NCBI GenBank assembly: GCA_002269645.1
Contig: NIVC01003355.1
Location: 38,621 to 102,620 of the forward strand
Reading direction: 5' to 3'
DNA length: 64,000 bases
Source of the DNA: Macrostomum lignano
Taxonomy: Eukaryota
Shown here: positions 61,195 to 64,000 of the stretch, piece after piece
How the letters are laid out: each line of letters begins with the position of its first letter
Position numbering within the stretch: the stretch's first letter is position 1
Notes under the pieces: model-generated
What the model was told of the DNA's origin: nothing
The model's input: the letters and a program-made list of their open reading frames with translations, nothing else
The model's database searches: none
Position numbers and translations under genes: made by a program

Positions 61195-64000
61195 GGTAGA
61201 TATGGATAATAGAGGTACATGTAGATAACAGTTATTGAGGTAGATATGGATTATTGAGGTAGATATGGATTATTGAGGTAGATATGGATTATTGAGGTAG
61301 ATATGGATTATTGAGTAGATATGGATTATTGAGGTAGATATGGATTATTGAGGTAGATATGGATTATTGAGGTAGATATGGATTATTGAGGTAGATATGG
61401 ATTATTGAGGTAGATATGGATTATTGAGGTAGATATGGATTATTGAGGTAGATATGGATTATTGAGGTAGATATGGATTATTGAGGTAGATATGGATTAT
61501 TGAGGTAGATATGGATTATTGAGGTAGATATGGATTATTGAGGTGGATATGGATTATTGAGGTAGATATGGATTATTGAGGTAGATATGGATTATTGAGG
61601 TAGATATGGATTATTGAGGTAGATATGGATTATTGAGGTAGATATGGATTATTGAGGTAGATATGGATTATTGAGGTAGATATGATTATTGAGGTAGATA
61701 TAGATTATTGAGGTAGATATTGATTATTAAGGTAGATATGGATTATTGAGGTAGATATGGATTATTGAGGTAGATATGGATTATTAAGGTAGATATCGAT
61801 TATTGAGGTAGATATGGATTATTGAGGTAGATATGGATTATTGAGGTGGATATGGATTATTGAGGTAGATATGGATTATTGAGGTAGATATGATTATTGA
61901 GATAGATATGGATTATTGAGGTAGATATGGATAATGGAGACAGATATAGATTATTGAGGTAGATATGGATTATTGAGGTAGATATAGATTATTGAAGTAA
62001 ATATGGATTATTGAGGTAGATATAGATTATTGAGGTAGATATGGATTATTGAGGTAGATATGGATTATTGAGGTAGATATATAGATTATTGAGGTAGATA
62101 TCGATTATTGAGGTAGATATCGATTATTGAGGTAGATATCGATTATTGAGGTAGATATCGATTATTGAGGTAGATATGGATTATTGAGGTAGATATGGAT
62201 TATTGAGGTAGATATCGATTATTGAGGTAGATATGGATTATTGAAGTAGATATAGATTATTGAGGTGGATATGGATTATTGAGGTAGATATAGATTATTG
62301 AGGTAGATATGGATTATTGAGGTAGATATGGATTATTGAGGTAGATATGGATTATTGAGGTAGATATGGATTATTGAGGTAGATATGGATTATTGAGGTA
62401 GATATGGATTATTGAGGTAGATATGGATTATTGAGGTAGATATAGATTATTGAGGTAGATATTGATTATTAAGGTAGATATGGATTATTGAGGTAGATAT
62501 GGATTATTGAGTAGATATGGATTATTAAGGTAGATATCGATTATTGAGGTAGATATGGATTATTGAGGTAGATATGGATTATTGAGGTGGATATGGATTA
62601 TTGAGGTAGATATGGATTATTGAGGTAGATATGATTTTGAATAGATATGGATTATTGAGGTAGATATGGATAATGGAGACAGATATAGATTATTGAGGTA
62701 GATATGGATTATTGAGGTAGATATAGATTATTGAAGTAAATATGGATTATTGAGGTAGATATAGATTATTGAGTAGATATGGATTATTGAGGTAGATATG
62801 GATTATTGAGGTAGATATGGATTATTGAGGTAGATATGGATTATTGAGGTAGATATGGATTATTGAGTAGATATGGATTTTGAGGATAGATATGGATTAT
62901 TGAGGTAGATATGGATTATTGAGGTAGATATGGATTATTGAGGTAGATATGGATTATTGAGGTAGATATGGATTATTGAGGTAGATATGGATTATTGAGG
63001 TAGATATGGATTATTGAGGTAGATATGGATTATTGAGGTATATGGATTGAGTTAGATATGGATTATTGAGGTGTATCGATTATTATATGATATGGATTAT
63101 TGAGGTAGATATGGATTATTGAGGTAGATATGGATTATTGAGGTAGATATAGATTATTGAGGTAGATATTGATTATTGAGGTAGATATTGATTATTGAGG
63201 TAGATATGATTATTGAGGTGGATATTGATTATTGAGGTAGATATGGATTATTGAGGTAGATATGGATTATTGAGTGGATATGGATTATTGAGGTAGATAT
63301 GGATTATTGAGGTAGATATGGATTATTGAGGTATATGGATTTTTGAGGTGGATATGAATTATTGAGGTAGATAACAGTTATTGAGGTAGATATGGATAAT
63401 GGAGACAGATATGGATTATTGAGGTAGATATGGATTATTGAGGTGGATATGAATTATTGAGGTGATATGGATTATTGAGGTAGATATAGATTATTGAGTA
63501 GATATGGATTATTAAGGTAGATATGGATTATTGAGGTAGATATGGATTATTGAGGTAGATATGGGATTATTGAGGTAGATATGGATTATTGAGGGTAGAT
63601 ATGGATTATTGAGGTAGATATGGATAATAGGGTACATGTAGATAACAGTTATTGAGGTAGATATGGATAATGGAGACAGATATAGATTATTGAGGTATAT
63701 GGATTATTGAGGTAGATATAGATTATTGAGGTAGATATGGATTATTAAGGTAGATATGGATTATATAGGTATGATATATTGAGTAGATATGATTATTGAG
63801 GTAGATATGGATTATTGAGGTAGATATGGATTATTGAGGTAGATATGGATTATTAAGGTAGATATGGATAATAGAGGTACATGTAGATAACAGTTATTGA
63901 GGTAGATATGGATAATGGCGACAGATATAGATTATTGAGGTAGATATGGTAATGGAGACAGATATAGATTATGAGGTAGATATGGATAATGGAGACAGAT
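61195..64000. repeat. 19-bp satellite (GGTAGATATGGATTATTGA) running off the end of the window
   Basis: Direct inspection; scattered 1-bp indels may partly be consensus error. Confidence 0.96.

Overview
This is repeat-dense eukaryotic (metazoan) DNA. GC-rich exons, very long simple repeats and the transposon families present suggest a free-living flatworm such as Macrostomum; that is an inference and was not checked by search. Roughly half the window is micro- and minisatellite, so most ORFs in the supplied track are repeat artefacts. Four spliced genes can be reconstructed with phase-consistent GT-AG junctions: (1) a CREBL2/REPTOR-BP-like bZIP with a long Q-rich C-terminal extension (+, 7282-9412); (2) TMEM222 (+, 14535-18979, 4 exons, 170 aa); (3) a protein with three PHD-like fingers and a PHRF1/SCAF11-type RING (+, about 19849-22755), containing a 29-nt intron; (4) a DEG/ENaC channel with FaNaC-like insertions (-, 52152-34165, 2 exons, 15.8-kb intron). 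Mobile elements: two tRNA-headed CORE-like SINEs; a decayed Gypsy pol interrupted by a probable solo LTR that is itself interrupted by a 773-bp non-coding retroposon (24-bp TSD, duplicated structured motif); two Tc1/mariner relics; an RTE-type LINE; an RNase H-bearing LINE 3' end; a foldback element with 160-bp sub-repeats; and a decayed minimal hammerhead ribozyme beside an inverted repeat. No CRISPR, rRNA or true tRNA genes were seen. I found no clearly new biological system. The best leads are the structured retroposon, a sharply bounded CpG desert in TMEM222 intron 1, and the unusual gene architectures. Repeat boundaries and counts were made by eye and are approximate.
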